Source: Octopus bimaculoides (Eukaryota). From it: a DNA stretch of 51,029 bases. This document shows, in pieces, positions 50,256-51,029 of this stretch (positions within the stretch are counted from its first letter, which is position 1; each line of letters begins with the position of its first letter). The notes beneath the pieces are model-generated. The model searched no databases. It was not told where the DNA came from and was given only the letters and a program-made list of their open reading frames with translations. Both the position numbers and the translations under genes were made by a program. The stretch is from the NCBI RefSeq assembly GCF_001194135.2, contig NC_069008.1:101754-152782 (forward strand), given 5' to 3'.

Positions 50256-50817
50256 TCAGAGCAACCACCCCCACTACTGACTTGGTCATCTAGGTAATGG
50301 AAGCTATCAACTACACCTTTTCTACAGGGCCATCTACCTGAAGGGGTTTGTGATTTGAGAGCCTTCCTATTTACTAAGACTTTGGTTTAATGCCCGTTTT
50401 CCATGCTGGCATGAGTAGGATAGTTTCACTGGGGTCTGGCAAGCCAGGAGGTCACAACAGGCTCCAATCTGAGTTGGCAGTGTTTCTACAGCTGGATGCC
50501 CTTCTTAACGCTAACCACTCGGAGAGTGTAGTGGGTGCTTTTTACTTGCCACCGGCACAGGAGCCAGACAGGGCAGGGGGGTGGGATGGGGTGGCATTGA
50601 CCATGTTCAGAGGGTGCTTTTTACGTGGCACTGGCATGGGAGCCAGTCGGACAGCGCTGACATCAGCCAATATATGTATGTGTCCGAAAAATAGTTCGTT
50701 TTTTTGTGCTTTGTTTATGTTCCCGTTCCTTTTTTGTCCACTTTTTTTTGACGTCCTATACCCGGATATGCATCTATATATACATGTAGATGTAGGTATA
50801 TACATATGCTTACATAT

Positions 50818-50884
50818 CATTTGTATTATATAAAGGCTTAAACATTTGTATTATATAAAGGCTTAAACATTTGTATTATATAAA
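50818..50884. repeat. 25-bp tandem repeat, ~2.7 copies
   Basis: catttgtattatataaaggcttaaa units start at 50818, 50843 and 50868. Confidence 0.9.
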
Positions 50885-51029
50885 TTTTTGATATATAACC
50901 AAGGAGATCGATCCATAAGGAGTCTACTATAGACCTTTGTGGACGAATTTTTGCTATTTTGGTAACGATTACATGTTTATCTCACCAATACATTGGGGAG
51001 ATATTATATGAACACACACATATATATAT

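Overview
Eukaryotic, AT-rich, gapped scaffold with 16 N-runs, dense in microsatellites, SINEs, RTE/CR1 LINE fragments and mariner remnants. The repeat families look like those of octopus/coleoid cephalopods; this is recognition from memory, not a database search. Two spliced genes were reconstructed by hand on the minus strand, with GT-AG sites and consistent phases. (1) DNAJC14 (J-domain plus Jiv90 zinc module): 12 coding exons visible, CDS 24566->9814, with a >3.2 kb homopolymer-rich first coding exon whose donor falls in a gap. (2) An endosomal Qa-SNARE of the syntaxin-7/12 family, ATG at 47283. It has two alternative phase-0 last exons (37145-37252 and 33028-33120) encoding different transmembrane anchors, and a possible third stop-only acceptor. 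The interval between these last exons holds an inverted pair of Penelope-type minimal hammerhead-ribozyme motifs and an inverted SINE hairpin. A third degenerate hammerhead motif lies at 45161-45208. Other notable structure: a ~3.7 kb CpG-dense satellite built from 4-nt words (GAAC/GTAC/GAAT/AAAC) and three 140-160 bp near-perfect palindromes. No rRNA, tRNA gene or CRISPR array was seen. Repeat boundaries are approximate; exon boundaries were counted exactly.
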